From the NCBI GenBank assembly GCA_036172245.1, contig JAYWIR010000011.1, positions 496,001 to 560,000 of the forward strand: DNA of 64,000 nt. The letters are read 5' to 3'. How positions within the stretch are numbered: position 1 is the first letter of the stretch; each line of letters starts with the position of its first letter. The stretch comes from Raillietiella orientalis. Taxonomy: Eukaryota. A program made the position numbers and the translations under genes. Positions 39,901 to 53,600 of this stretch are shown here, piece after piece. The notes beneath the pieces are model-generated. The model searched no databases, was not told the DNA's origin, and saw only the letters and a program-made list of their open reading frames with translations.

Positions 39901-42129
39901 TACCAAACCCGCAGAAGCCTACCACAGAAAGCCATCGAAAATTCGCCTGTATGATGAAAAGCAAATTTGTTGTGAGTGGTTATCTTATGACACACAAACA
40001 AATTTTTGCCATCATGCGATGAAAAGGCAATATTTCCAACTTCGTGTGCAGTGCGAATAGATGTTTATTTCTTGAATCCCTAACTGCAATGCTGACAAAG
40101 GAATTTCTTTCCATAAAATCCTTAAGTATTATCTCAAGGAACCTTCTGGTAGCAAAACAGTTTTTTTTCTTCTGAAAAAAAACGATAATTAAAAGACTTG
40201 TGAGGACTGTGAAGACTAAATCATGCTCATGGGTCATTACGAGAAATATTGCAAGCAAACAAACTTTAAAATGCCAATTCATTTGATATAAGAGTTTCAA
40301 ACCGAAAGCGCTTGAAAACAGTCTCGACTTGGGGTTAGATGTTGGCAAAGGCTATTGACGAAATGCAGTCGTTCTCCTGAAAACTAAGTGTTTCACTGTG
40401 ACATGTGTTTTCTGTCAAGGCTGCTGCTTTCCCTTCAAGCTTTTTTTCTTTTTTTCCTCAGTATGACACTTTTCAAGTAGGAAAGACAAGATTAGCAAGC
40501 CAAGTTAGGTCTTTATTTATGTCCGCAGTGCAGAAAGCTTATTTTTTTTCTTAAAGGTTGATACTATTTTTTTGTTTCTTCAAGTTACCAAATCTCAGGA
40601 GAGTTGCTGTGATAAAATGCTTCACTTTGGAACATTAATTCTGTAGTATTTTGCATGCTCACATCGAGTAAGCTGTGGAAGTAATCGCGTGCACGTGTAG
40701 TGTTTTTGCTTTGACACACATGAAGGGAGCTCTAGGAGAATGAGCACATTTGAAGAGCACCTGTCGAAAGAATTTTTCTTTCCAAAAAACATAGTCAGGT
40801 GACGGTTAGCTGAAAAGGTGGTAACCTGAGGCTCTTTAGAAATAATAAAAAAAAATCCATGCAGAGGGGTCTCTCACTGAGAATGCTGCTCACTTTTGAC
40901 CAAGTAAGCTGTCTCTCAGGTTCTCTCTTAATAGCAATTAGAACGGTGTTTGCAGTGATGGACGTGATAGACATGATATGACAGTACAGTGCAACGATGA
41001 GTTCTTCAGTTTGAAGTTTTCCTTTTCTTATTCTGCTAAAGTACAGAACTGTTCCCATCAGAGAACCCGAAAAGCGTCATTTTCCTTTTCTTTGGATAGA
41101 ATCATTTGCTGTAGTCGCAAACTACTTAATAGTCTCAGTATGTTGTTCCTTTGAGTTTCAAAATAGTTTTTATGGCTGCTGTACATATTAGTGTCCATCA
41201 AAAGTTAAGAAGTAACACTGATTATTGGCTAATGCATATAAATCAAAAACAGCAATAGTTCTTTGCTGGATTTACCGCGCTATTTTCTTGAATTTGGGAA
41301 CTTTGTGGTATGTTTTCTAAGAAAATGAAAATGTGTATTCGACAAACTGAGTTATATAGAGTTAAAGAAAAGGGGGGGGGGGAGGGACACGGTAGTGTTG
41401 TGTGTATGTTGCATATAAAGTTTCGGAATGAAATTTTGCCATTATTCCTGTTCATTAGCTAATTCGTAGTCCAATAATAACGATACATCCTACTTGTGTA
41501 CGTTAAAAAAGCACTTTTATTTGCTTAAAATAGAGTTTGAATTCGGTTACCCTGCTGATTGTTTTCGTGATGAACTTTCTGCAATGTTCGCAAGGCGGGT
41601 TTTGGGTTTGCAGCTGCAAGACGTAAATGGGGTCTTCCCAGAAGCCACGGTAAGATCCCGGGAATAGGATAGAAAAACGGGAAAAAAAAGAAAGAAAAAG
41701 AGAAACAGTCCACAAGTTGTGACCTGATTTGTTTAAAGTACCATAAACTTTTCCACACCGAAGATAAATTTCAAGAAAATTTTCTCTTGAAGACAGCAAA
41801 GCCTTTGTCTAATAACAGTCATCAGGACACACATAAGCCATCGAGTAATTTCCTTGTGATCTCTGAAGATCTCTCTTGTGAGGTGTTGCCGCGCCCTACG
41901 CGCATTGTGTCATGGCCACGTTGGTGATGGTCTCCTTTGTTTTCTTGCAATGTCCGGCTTAAGGTTGATGGAATCGTTTGGAAAACCTTAGGATAGTAAA
42001 TGTTTGCGTGTAAACTTTAGGAATGTGATGTGTTTGTACCACCATGCATTATCTTGAAAGATTGTAGTAGAATTGTTCGGATCATTACGTGAAAGTGAAA
42101 AAAAAAAAAAAAATACGTTTTCGTGCAAA

Positions 42130-42447
42130 ATGACCAATAGTTCGAAGTCTAGGTCTCCTAGACCAATTCCCTTGTATTTATGGACAACGTCAGATGTGTT
42201 GAAGTGGTTTCAGCGAAGGTGTTCCGAGTACTTTGTCTTATATGGAAAGTATCTTCTGGAGCATGAAATTAACGGGCAGGCACTTATGAAAATGAATGAA
42301 CATAGTTTACTATTGCTAGGTATCACAAATGAAATCCATAAACAAAATATCTGGAGAGAAATTCTGAAACAACGTCTTAAATCGGATATTTTAAGTATGA
42401 AAAATATTGAAAGCAAACACTATGATAATGTTATTAACCTTGAATAG
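42130..42447 (+). CDS. ave: Aveugle/HYP SAM-domain protein (SAMD10/12 family)
   Basis: Single-exon 105-aa ORF: PRPIPLYLWTTSDVLKW..HEINGQALM..LGI..IWREILKQRLKSDI. Confidence 0.85.
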   Translation: MTNSSKSRSPRPIPLYLWTTSDVLKWFQRRCSEYFVLYGKYLLEHEINGQALMKMNEHSLLLLGITNEIHKQNIWREILKQRLKSDILSMKNIESKHYDNVINLE

Positions 42448-43138
42448 TTTAAAAGTTGATAGCAAAAATAAGTGAAACATACACACGGACCCCTTTAAAA
42501 GTAATTGTACTTAATAAAGTTTTTATGCATTTCAAAATTCCATCATTACACCTGCAATTCATAAGTCTTTTAGGTTCTTATGCTAGATAATATCCCAAAA
42601 CATGTAATATGTTAATGTAATGTATTCTTGTTTCTAATGATTGTGATTTTTCTCCTGCTTGATGTTGGCTATTCATGTATTTTGTCAAATTTCATAATTC
42701 CCCTTGGAAAAGTATTCTTCATTCTAATATGTCCAATAGACGAAGATCACTTTGAAACTCTGCTGTTTTATGATGTTTTTTGTCAAGTTAAAACAATGAA
42801 TACATTAGACGAGTTACATTTGCACATCTAACGAAATCAATACCAGACTGAATATCATGTCAATTTGTTTAGATAAATACTTTACACAAGGTTGATCCTG
42901 AAGAATTCCGGGAACAAGATCCTAAAAGGTATAAAACTATTTTGGAGGACTATTCAGGTTAACTGAAAACTTTTATAAAAGAAAAGAAATTTCATTAACA
43001 TTCTAAGAAACAAAATTTCCCTTAAGATAAATTCATTCAAATATTGGAGTTGTTACTTAAGAAGAACTCTTGAAAGTGTGACATCATGATTATTTATACA
43101 GCTATGACTGTCACTATCTTCAATGTCAGTGCAATGCA

Positions 43139-44340
43139 TCAAGATTGACGTAGGCGTGCTAAACGCTGTGTCAATTCATCTTGCTCTCCAGAAGCAGTGG
43201 AAGATGCCATTCCTACTAGACTACTTTGCCCTGATGGTAGCTCCATGTTTAGATCCAAGCTGTTAACTCATAAAAATCACTTAACATATTTCTAGTATTC
43301 TTACCCTGCTTCATCTGCTACTTGCTGCATCAGTCTATCTACATCTGCTTGTGGCACAGTAGTAGTTGTGGTTGAAGACATGGCTTTGTCCATACAGGAG
43401 CTTTGTACATCAAGGTCCTCAAACTGACTTTCAAATTTGTCCATAAGGGTTGATATTTTTTCCAAGTTCATGGATTGCATGGTGGCATCCATAGCTTTCA
43501 CCACACCAACCATGGAACTTGTCACCTTCTTTGAATAATTTCAGCTGCAAGCAAGTAATCTACCTTGCGTGTATTTATGGCTGTTTGTACACGGCTAGCT
43601 ACTGCATCTACCCGAGCAGCCATTCGCAGATAATTTAGTGCCTGGTTTTTCTGGCGAATAGCATTTTCAGCATGGATTGTTGCACATTCTGCATTTTGAC
43701 TAGTTATTGCCTTTTTTAATTTCAACTTTTCTGCTTTTTCTTCTTTATAACATTTTCTTGCATTTCTTTCTAGATCCTTAACTGCCATTTTTAAATTAAA
43801 AAGATAATCTGTTTTAAGATAATAAAACAACTCATTTCATGGCAACAACGACATGACCAACACAAAATTATTTTATTATATGGGAAATACGTTAAATATG
43901 TAAGTGACATATAATTGGGTAGTAGTGGAAACAAATCATACAATTTACATCTCTACTTAAGTGCAAGTTGCTAGCTGATTGGGAAAAGTGAACGTAATAC
44001 ACAGTTTCATGGTAGGGGTATTCATTCACCACGATTTTATATGTACGCAGGGTTTTCTTACGATTGATAATTGCATTTGCAATTGCCTAATTTGGATTGC
44101 AACGTGTACTTTCTTTCCATGGTTTTTGTTTCAGTGAAAACTTGACAATTCCCTCGGTCACAAGGCAGTAATTATTTCTTGGAACTTTGACACCAAAAAT
44201 ATCATAACTTTTGAATACTTTTTGTACATACCGATCTTAAAAATACTAACAATATAATGATCCATATGAACTTGTTCCCGAAAAACGAGTTTACACAAGT
44301 TTTATAATATCGTGCAAGGAAACAAAAGGATACTGTCCAT
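43139..44340 (-). CDS. CHMP1B: Charged multivesicular body protein 1 (CHMP1B-like, ESCRT-III)
   Basis: LFNLK..IHAENAIRQKNQALNYLRMAARVDAVASRVQTA, MNLEKISTLMDKFESQFEDLDVQ, DELTQRLARLR; 7-nt first coding exon ATGGACA at 44340-44334. Confidence 0.93.
43809..44333 (-). other. U12-type intron 1 of CHMP1
   Basis: ATGGACA|GTATCCTTTT donor; TATCTTAAAACAG at the 3' end; phase 1 gives MDNYLFNLK. Confidence 0.78.
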
Positions 44341-47300
44341 TTTCGGATTTCGATCAATTACTGACACGTTGAATGTTCTGAATTTTTTTAATCATGTTTG
44401 TGAAGAGTCACTACACTTAAGGTAAACATTCACATTATACAACACGCAATTATCAGAAGGCAATGCAGATCGAACTTCCAGAATCTTGATTTTTAATGAA
44501 CAAACTGAATTGTTCTGTTGTAAACTGAGATTAGTGTTTCCGTATTAAGCAACTTCGTGATTGTCGAATTGGATAGTATACAACACTTGGACAAACCAAG
44601 TGATACATACACATTTGAAAACACGATTCAATTTCATTAAGAAAACTGTGCATTGACAGTGAAATTTAAAATGAAACCAAGGAAGATGTTTTCATTCATA
44701 AGGATTCGTGACTTTATTTGTGCAATCTGAGAGATATGCAGAGACAATACACGTGCACACAAGTGTTTTAGAGAAAGGAGTATTGTTCCATTAAACATCG
44801 GGAAATAACTGCCGAATAATTGTGAAAGTGTTGTGAAGCAACAGGACGATCGACATCCAGAACTTAAGAACCCAAGCTTTGTAAATTCACCCAAAAATTA
44901 TACAATTCTTTCAACACATATACATTGTTCATTCATGTCGACTCAAAAGCAAAAATTTACTTATAAGCTGGTAACCTCTAAACTAAATTCTCCAAATGTA
45001 GGAAAAACATGAGACACAAAAATCACACACACATACACACACAAACGGCTTTCATTATAAATCATATTCCCGAAAACTAAACTGGCAAGCTATTAACATG
45101 AAGGAAAGCATGTATTTCAAAGCAGTCCACGGACTAAATTTGCACGTGCACAAGAAGGGAATCCAAGTGATTATTTTTTGGCAGAAAAATAGGGTTGGTT
45201 TCGATTCAAAATCGTGAACATGCATAAAAGGAAAATCCGGGATTTCTTCAAGCCCACATCGCGAAAGGTCTTGCACTAGGAATATTGGAATGACGTGTGT
45301 GTACTGCCGAAACATTAAAAAAGAATGGGGAAGATGACAATAACTAACTTTTAAGTCCATATAGGTTGCCTTTATATATATATTAGCTACTTTGCCACTA
45401 AAAAGGAGAGTATGGTTCATGTCGAATCAAAGACAAAAATTTCTTTAGAAGCTGGTAACACTGAACTAAATCCTCCAAATGCAAGAAAAACACTAAACCC
45501 CTAAATTACACAATTCTTCAAAACCGTGAATACATTAAAGGAAGTCTGGAACACCAATTTGAGTGAAATTATGAGATCGCCAAAAGATCGAACCAACAAA
45601 TGAAATTGACGTGAAACACTGTGTAACATAAATGCAGAACTATGTGCATTTGATTGCAAATAATAATAATATATACACTGAATTTCGTTTTAAAATAATG
45701 TTGACTATAAGATGTAACTGATAAGACGTATGAACCTAAAATGCTTTATTATGAACCAGGAAGCACACTGACCCAATGCCAAGGAGAACAGTATGAGTCC
45801 TTAAAGCTGATGACTCTATATAGTATTAACACCCAAATGGCAGTCATCAGATTAATAAATAATTTAGAATGTTATAAAATAGCAGTAACAAACTATTACG
45901 ACCTTATCTAGAGCACATAAATGCTCTTGTAATAAGACTACTTCAAAATGATGCGCTACTTCCCTCCCAAAGTTTCAAGAGTCAGAGAGAACGCGATTTC
46001 CACATTGTTTTCTAAGTAGATAAAAATGTTGTTCCATTTTTAGCTATACACAGATATATCGATAGAAACAGATATACATATATAAATACAGGTCCTCAAG
46101 AGTAGCATATGGGTAAGGTACTCCTTCTCTTCATCTTTCCTAAAAAAATACTACTTGTTTCATGGAACAATCCCAACACAGCATCGTGACCTTTTGAAAT
46201 TAAAAGGAGAATCGCTATTAGATCCACCATCAATTCCAACAAAAGCAACAGAGAAGTGTATCACAATAATACCAAAACGAAAATGCTGCTTCTTAAAACC
46301 TTTAAATACCTCGTTATTGGTAAAGAGTAAACAAAAATTTTCAAGTGGATTTAATGTTGGTTGGCGTTGGTTTTCCAAGCACAGAATCAACAGGACGAAA
46401 GGAGATTCCGAGAGGAAGTTTCGTTCAGTTTGATATCTAGTATACATCCTTTGGGAACATTGTTTTTTTAGTCCTTTCAGAAGGGCTACCTGGCTTATTA
46501 CACAGAACCACGGTGGCTCTATGTATGTAACCTACTTAGCATTCACAAGGTATCAAAAATCAGTTTCACTTCTGTAGACAAGTAAACTGGGACTGCCACA
46601 ACATAAGATGCAAGCATTGGCGGATACGTAGGTCAAATTGAGGAAAAATTAATGCAACTGAACATGCTGTACAGGATGACAGGAGTACATACATTTGATT
46701 CGTCTCGAAATCCGAACCAGTCGGTTGATGTGTCATGTCGTGTTCTTCAAACATAACATTTTTCCAAGCTAAAGTAAGCTTTGCTTTCGAACATATAGAA
46801 AGACAAATCTGGTTTTGGACACTCAATGAGGAAACTATTCCGTACTCAAAAAGAAATAGAATGTACAAGCAAAATGTAATAGCCAAAAAAAAAAAATACT
46901 TTACTGGAACATGGCAAAGAGAAGGAAGGCAACATACAAACGAATGTTTCAGAAACACAGAACATGCTTTACAGAACAATTTTCCCCCTGAGGCCTATCA
47001 TCTAAATAAGAAGCACTGAAATGAGATGAAAGATGGATTTTTGTAAGCAGTTTATCTGCGTTCTGCTTGCTGTCACCCAAAATGTTCTTTAATTCCATTC
47101 GAAACTTGCAGTCAAGTTTACCAGCAACAAGCCAAACAGATTACTGTATGTGATGTTTTATCAAGGCAGGAAATTTTCGATGCTTTCAGCGTAGAAAGCG
47201 ATTCGAGTCAGTTGACCCTATTTAAATTATCTAGTTTCAATAATTCGCATGCACTTAGTAGCAACCATTCAGCATGAAAGGTTGTGTACTTATGGGGCAG

Positions 47301-48493
47301 CTGTCCAGCATATTATTTATATCTGAAATCTGAGACTGCTACAACATAAGATGCAGGCATTTGCAAAGTGGCTCAAATGAATTACTGCCACGATCAGCAG
47401 AGAAAAAACTAACTGAACAAAAAAAAAACACATTTGAAATGCTGTACAGTAAGACAGGAGTACATAAATTTGCAGCAATTTGCTATGCATAAATTTGCTA
47501 TGCATGCCATCCATCATTGAAAACTAAACTGCATGCCAATAAAACTGTTCTTCAGAAGCGTGGTCAAGAGCTCATGGAGGATCATGCTGACGTATAGTTG
47601 CTGAGAACTTGACCTAGAATTCAGCACCCGACTGTTAGAAGAGGATTTTCATAAGAGAGAACTGAATTTTTGAAAATATCTGTTCCCCCATGCACTCATG
47701 AGTCAATTTCTGCAATTTCAAAATGGGACTAGAGATGCTGATTAGATCAGTAGGCATGCATTTTACTGTATCTCCCCTGGAGTGGGCTGCTTAAGTTAAC
47801 AGATTGTATGGAATATGGAAACAGCAAAAACTTAAATCAGTAAAATGAAAGAGCGCAACTCCACCATACAACAACCTTCTTTGATGAAACAAATCAACAA
47901 GAGCCTTTATACAGATGTTAAGAATGCCATTCCCTGTCTCATGTGTAACTTCTACGTTCATTTGTTTTATATGGGACTGTTTGATACATCCACCATCAAA
48001 TATGAAGGTTTGTTTTAAAGAGCTCCTTCACAGTTTGGATTACACATTGTGATCATCCATATCACTCTTCTTCAATGGAGTGGGGAATCACGGGCACAAC
48101 ATGTGAATTTATTTGACATAACATAACTAATGGAGTGCCCTTCCCCAATACTGGTTTGGAATTCTGAACACTGAACACAGAATGTCTTTAATTTCTGGTT
48201 TTCAAAATTCATCTGTTTCAACACTAAGATGCTGAATGGACAATGCAAAGACCTGTGTTGGATCCTGCAATATTTTCTTCAAACATTCTGTATTCCCATG
48301 GAATGATTTTTCGTTGCTTTACTGTTTTTCAGTTTTCAACAACTCTTTATAGGTGGATGAATGGTACCTCCAACTCTGCATCACACATGTGATTGGTGAG
48401 AACAGTTTTGAGTTTTCCTTTTTCTTCCTTCCTTTCTTTTTATTATTCCAAATATTAATTTGTGCAAAATAATTCAGCCAAAACTTCCGATCC

Positions 48494-50676
48494 TTAAAAG
48501 CCATATTTTGATGCTGACTGCTGACGGTTCATACGCTGCTGGGCCCACATGTTTTTCAACTCCACTTCTCTTGCTTTGGCCTACAAAACATGTAAGATTC
48601 CAAATTTTTTCAGCACATGTCATACCAAGGATGCTAAGTATGTGATCTGGTGCCTTTTTTTTGAAATATGCGAGTGACTTTCCAACTCTGCAGTTGATAC
48701 AACTGCTTGTTCTTCTGTCATGCTCTTTATCAAGTCAGAAGTATCAGTCAAGGCATCATCACCATGAATATCAATGAGAGTTAAATCCTCATCTACTCTT
48801 CTTCGTTTGACATGGAGATTTGCTAACTAAAAAATTTGCATTCCGAAAATAAGATGACAATAATGAATATCAACCTACATCAGTATCATTTACACTTGCA
48901 TTGTCTTGCATTCTGGATAACAGCTTTTCTCTTTCTTTCCTTTCATGGGCTCTTGTATGGACTTCTTCTTGCAACTGAATCTGTATTTGTTCATCGATGG
49001 TAGTGGGTATGTCGTCATCACCAAGAGAAAAGAACCCACCCTCATCTTCAAAATCTACAGGCTGGTCTGGCTTTTTCAATGAATTCAGAAGAGCCATAGT
49101 TTTAGCCTGTGCTTTCATGATTTCAGTATTAAGAGAGGGACCCTTTGTTTGTTCCACTGATGAAGAGCACCAATCTGCACTTTTGGTTTCCTTTGCAAAT
49201 CCACCTGAATATTTTGGAGGCGGCAACACAGAAAATAGGCCCATTCTATTCTGCAAATTTATAAATCAGTAGCCTGAATAAAACATTATGATGTAATATG
49301 CTAATGTATGCATGGCCAATTATTTGGATTCCATTTAAGATCAGGCAAGAACTTTATGAGAGAAAGCACACAAAGAAATGAATAAAGTAGCCATTTGAGT
49401 CATTTACATGCATTTATGCACTGAAACTGTTTAGACAAAATTCTCTACTTTTTATTATACTTTTTTCACAGCAACAAATATGTGGTCAAGTGTAATTTTA
49501 ATGAAATAAAATTCCTTTGTTTAGAGGGCAATTCAGACAAGAGCTCTTAGGACAGCTGTTACTGCTCTATTTATTCATGGTGAAGAGACAAACCAACAAG
49601 TTTCAAAAAACATGGCACAATGATAAAATACTGTTCCCATCATATTTTGGCAAACAGTTCATCTCATCCTATTTTTAATTCAGAAAGTTACTAACATTTT
49701 TACACTAGTTCAAAACAGATTTATAAATAAGTATAATTACTACATCCACGAATTTATATAGCTTTGTACAACAATCCAACTTTTTCTAGATTTCAATCTT
49801 GCTGCAATTCATTAAATAAACATTCTAAAGCAGTTTTCAATAAAGGAAATGTCATAAAAAAATGAATGTGTTTACCTCAAGAATTTTCGGATGCTTTTTT
49901 TCTTCTTCATTGGTTTGGACATCATCATCCAACTAATGTCAAAACAAATCCACGTCAGATTCTTAAAGAGAGAAAAAAAGGAAATTCTTACATCCTTCAA
50001 TGATGGCACACCTATAAGCACTTTTTTCTTGATAACTGAGGAGGGTTTTTCATGATCCTCTTGAACTTCTTTGATAAGAATGTGATGTGCTAATGATTTA
50101 GACAGTTCTTTGGATGCATTCTGAGATATCCTCTAACATTAATTAAAAGCACAATTACATAATGATACAAATGCTTCTTTACTGATTAATTCAGTGGAGT
50201 AATATAAAAAATCAATTGAAATGGGAAAGCTGTGTGACACAATGTATTACTATTCTTCCTAAGGTATATTATTAGATAATTATGGAAAAACTAAACATCC
50301 ATATTATGAGTACTTCAAATATAATAGAATAACCGCCCGAGACTTTGCGTTAAATAAATTCTTTTGGGCTGAAACATAATTAATTTTTCTGTACTTCTTT
50401 ATTGACGTGGATCGAAAAATCAGTTTTACAAATGACATAGTAAAAAACAATTTATTTTGAACATTTATTTTCGTTTCGTGACACTTAACCGAATTATCTA
50501 CCAAATATCCAAAACAAAATACAGATGAAGTATCCAAACCATCTTACTGTTTCATTATTGCCCACTGATTCAGGCAAAGTTTCACTTTGTGCTTTATTTC
50601 TTGTTTCTGGAACAGATTTGTTTACTTCGGCTTCTTCATCGTCACTGCTGTCACACTGATATTCCACTAAACCCAT
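48494..50676 (-). CDS. PRCC: Proline-rich protein PRCC homologue
   Basis: MGLVEYQCDSSDDEE start, LFSVLPPPK, C-terminal KKRHQITYLA..AKAREVELKNMWAQ...SKYGF*. Confidence 0.9.
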
Positions 50677-53600
50677 ATTTTCTATGCATTCAAGTTTTTC
50701 AAATGCAGTTTCTACATTTTAGGGAAAAATCCATGACATTGGTGACAGTATATTTTTTTATATACACTCATTTCAAACGTTACCGATTTAAGCAAAATAA
50801 ATTCAGATGGCACAGCCCATGCACGCCCTGGAATAACTTACGGTAACCTAACTGTTTACAATAGAATAAAATTTAAAAAACAGCTTTAAAAACATTACAT
50901 GGGGATGATTTCCTCGGAGTTGGCGTTGAGTTTTGAAAAACTGCATCGCCAAATCCTAGCCCGAACATGCAAATAACGTAAACCAGATAAAATATTTTGG
51001 GGTTAGAGTTTATAAAACATAAGATAAAGGCATGGACTTAAAAACGTTTCGTTATTTCTTTTCACTGAAGTGCATTGATTACTTATTAACCATGTCACGA
51101 ACTGCGTGAACTTGGAAGAACACATCGACGCACGTGCACAGGATACTATAGACACACATAATTGGTACAACTATAAATTGTTTACATCTAATAAATTGTT
51201 TGCTTTATTGGTTTCTGCAAAATGAGAACGCGTTAATATAACTCCGTATAATAAATTTGAATCGGAGCTGTACAAGTATCTGTACAAATTGCCATGGAAA
51301 CTTCGAATACAATACAGATAAATCAAAACCATTGCGAAGAGAACGTCAATAGGATTCGAGGATAATGTACGATGTCGTGAAACTTCATTCGTACATACAA
51401 ATGAAGAAAGTAACCATCGGAAAAAATTTCCTGCCTAAGGGAAGTTACAAGAAGCACGTGAATCTATGCATTTTTGTTCGAAATCTTTGAAAAGATTTTT
51501 CGACACGGAATTTTCGGGTTCCGTTTTTTTTTTTTTTTTTTTTTTTTTTATTATTAAGAAAGACATCTCCGAGATCGGCCCTTGAAGTTTCCGTTTTATT
51601 GAATTGGACCAAGAAAATAACATATCTGTAAGAAAGTTTCTCAATGCCTTGCACGAAGAATGCACGTTAGACCACAATTGGACTGGTAATTGAATAGTCA
51701 AAATCAATCCTAGTTAAGGAGAGTGGTAATATTAAAAAGAGAAAAAAAAGAAGAAGAAAAAAACAAAGAAAATATCATCAAAGCATTTTCAAGATATGCA
51801 TTCACTTATAAGAATGATGCCATATGTGATTATCCTGCAAGGCAAAGAGCAATCCTAAGTCGAAGAAGTGCAAGTGAAGTAAATCTTTTATCTCTGGAAA
51901 TCAGGGCATCTCATCTTCGAACGAATAATCGAAAAGTCAAAATGCAAAGGATTCTTTTGATTTGGTCTCTGTTCGTTGACTGCTTAAAATCATATTTATA
52001 ATGTCGAAGTTGATGCAGTAAAGGAAGTTACGGTTATCAGGACATACATAAAGAAAACAATAATTTCCGACAAACATAAGAGAAGCCAAAATCTCCCCAA
52101 TAAAGAGATGCTAACCATTGTCAATTTAGAAATGAAGCAAAAAACTTATAGCATATTAATCTCTGCAATGAAAGTTTCATTGAAAGGAATTGTGGATTTT
52201 TTTTTCCTCGAAAACAAATGGCAGATTTTGGATAGGGAATATGCGAAAACCATTACACAATATCATGGTCTTTGGGACAACAGCCAGATACATATGCACA
52301 TGGATCTGTACGAATAGAGTCTCATGGAATGTATGCAATTTGTAAAGTGTGCTGAATTATTAATGAAATATGAGTTTCAGAGGGGATCATGTAATGAAAT
52401 TCAGCTACTAGTATTTCAATTTCGCCACCATATATCGGAAAATAAATAATGCATCCCTCCCTTTGTAATATTTACAAGAATGTCCTTGGCTAGCCTCTAT
52501 CAAATCTTCTAGCTATTTTGGCTCATTAGAGATTTGTAAGCAAGGTTTTCTCAAATCTTTTTCAGCACTTCATATTTTTTTTTCATTTTGTTGCTATTTA
52601 GGAGTCTTTTTTAAAATTCTCAAGTCTTTTTCTTGAAATATTCACAACCTACTGAATAAAAGCAGCTGAAAATATCAGGAAAAACGATTTAGAAATGAAT
52701 GCACAGACACAAAAGCTCACACGTATAAATACATATGCACGAACTAGTAATTTAATGTACGTAAGCTTCTGCATTAGAGTAAAGGTCGCAGTCTGTGTGA
52801 CTTCACTCAAAGAACATGATTTGTGTGACCTCACAATGGAAAACATCGTTAAAACAAGCGACGAGAACTTCCACTAATCTCGACCTCAGTCTGTTCATGG
52901 GAAGATTAACTTTTCAGGAACGCTTTTTGCGAAAGATAAAGATTTTTTTTTTTTTTTTTTTACAGATACAAGATAAAAGAAAATTCGCGGATTCATAGCA
53001 AACGTGACATCGTTCCACATATTAGAGAACTATTTAAAATGGTTAGGAAATGCAGCTCTCTAAATTTATTCGTTTTCAATCAGGTTTTCAAGTAAAAGTT
53101 AAAACCTGAGAGTAGTCAGCCAACTGTGTTACTTCCCACACATAAGGTGATAAAGGAGTAACAAAAAAATTCGTTTGACAAGAAGAAATGTACTAGCATT
53201 GGAAAATGTATAAAAAAAAATGGATTAAAAGAATAGTCCATGTTTTCTGCTTATCTGTTAATTCTTATCTGTTTTTGATTTTTGCGTTAGTTACTCATAT
53301 TAATAAAATGAAGTGAAACCAGCGAAAGTTTTGAAAGCAATGCAACTGTGATGGCTTTATTTATTTATTTTTTTCCAAAGCATTAAGTATCTATAAGCTT
53401 CTGAAATGGCCCCGGAGAAGTCTAGATCGCAATTTGTTAGTTACATAAACATCTCAGGAAGATTTTCAAGTAATAAACGAATCATTCGGTCAAATTTTTT
53501 TTTTTTTTTTTTTCCCCAAATCAGAATGTATAAAATAGAATAGAAGTACAGAATTAGAAACGGAACTGTTGCAAATTTCTTTGGAAACAAGAAGAATTGT

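Noticed and set aside
37100..42000. Possible gene between INTS14 and aveugle
   Set aside because: Only short ORFs with no recognisable motif or consistent splice chain.
44100..44120. ATGGAAAGAAA as the CHMP1 first exon
   Set aside because: Its GT donor has the wrong phase; the U12 donor at 44333 fits exactly.
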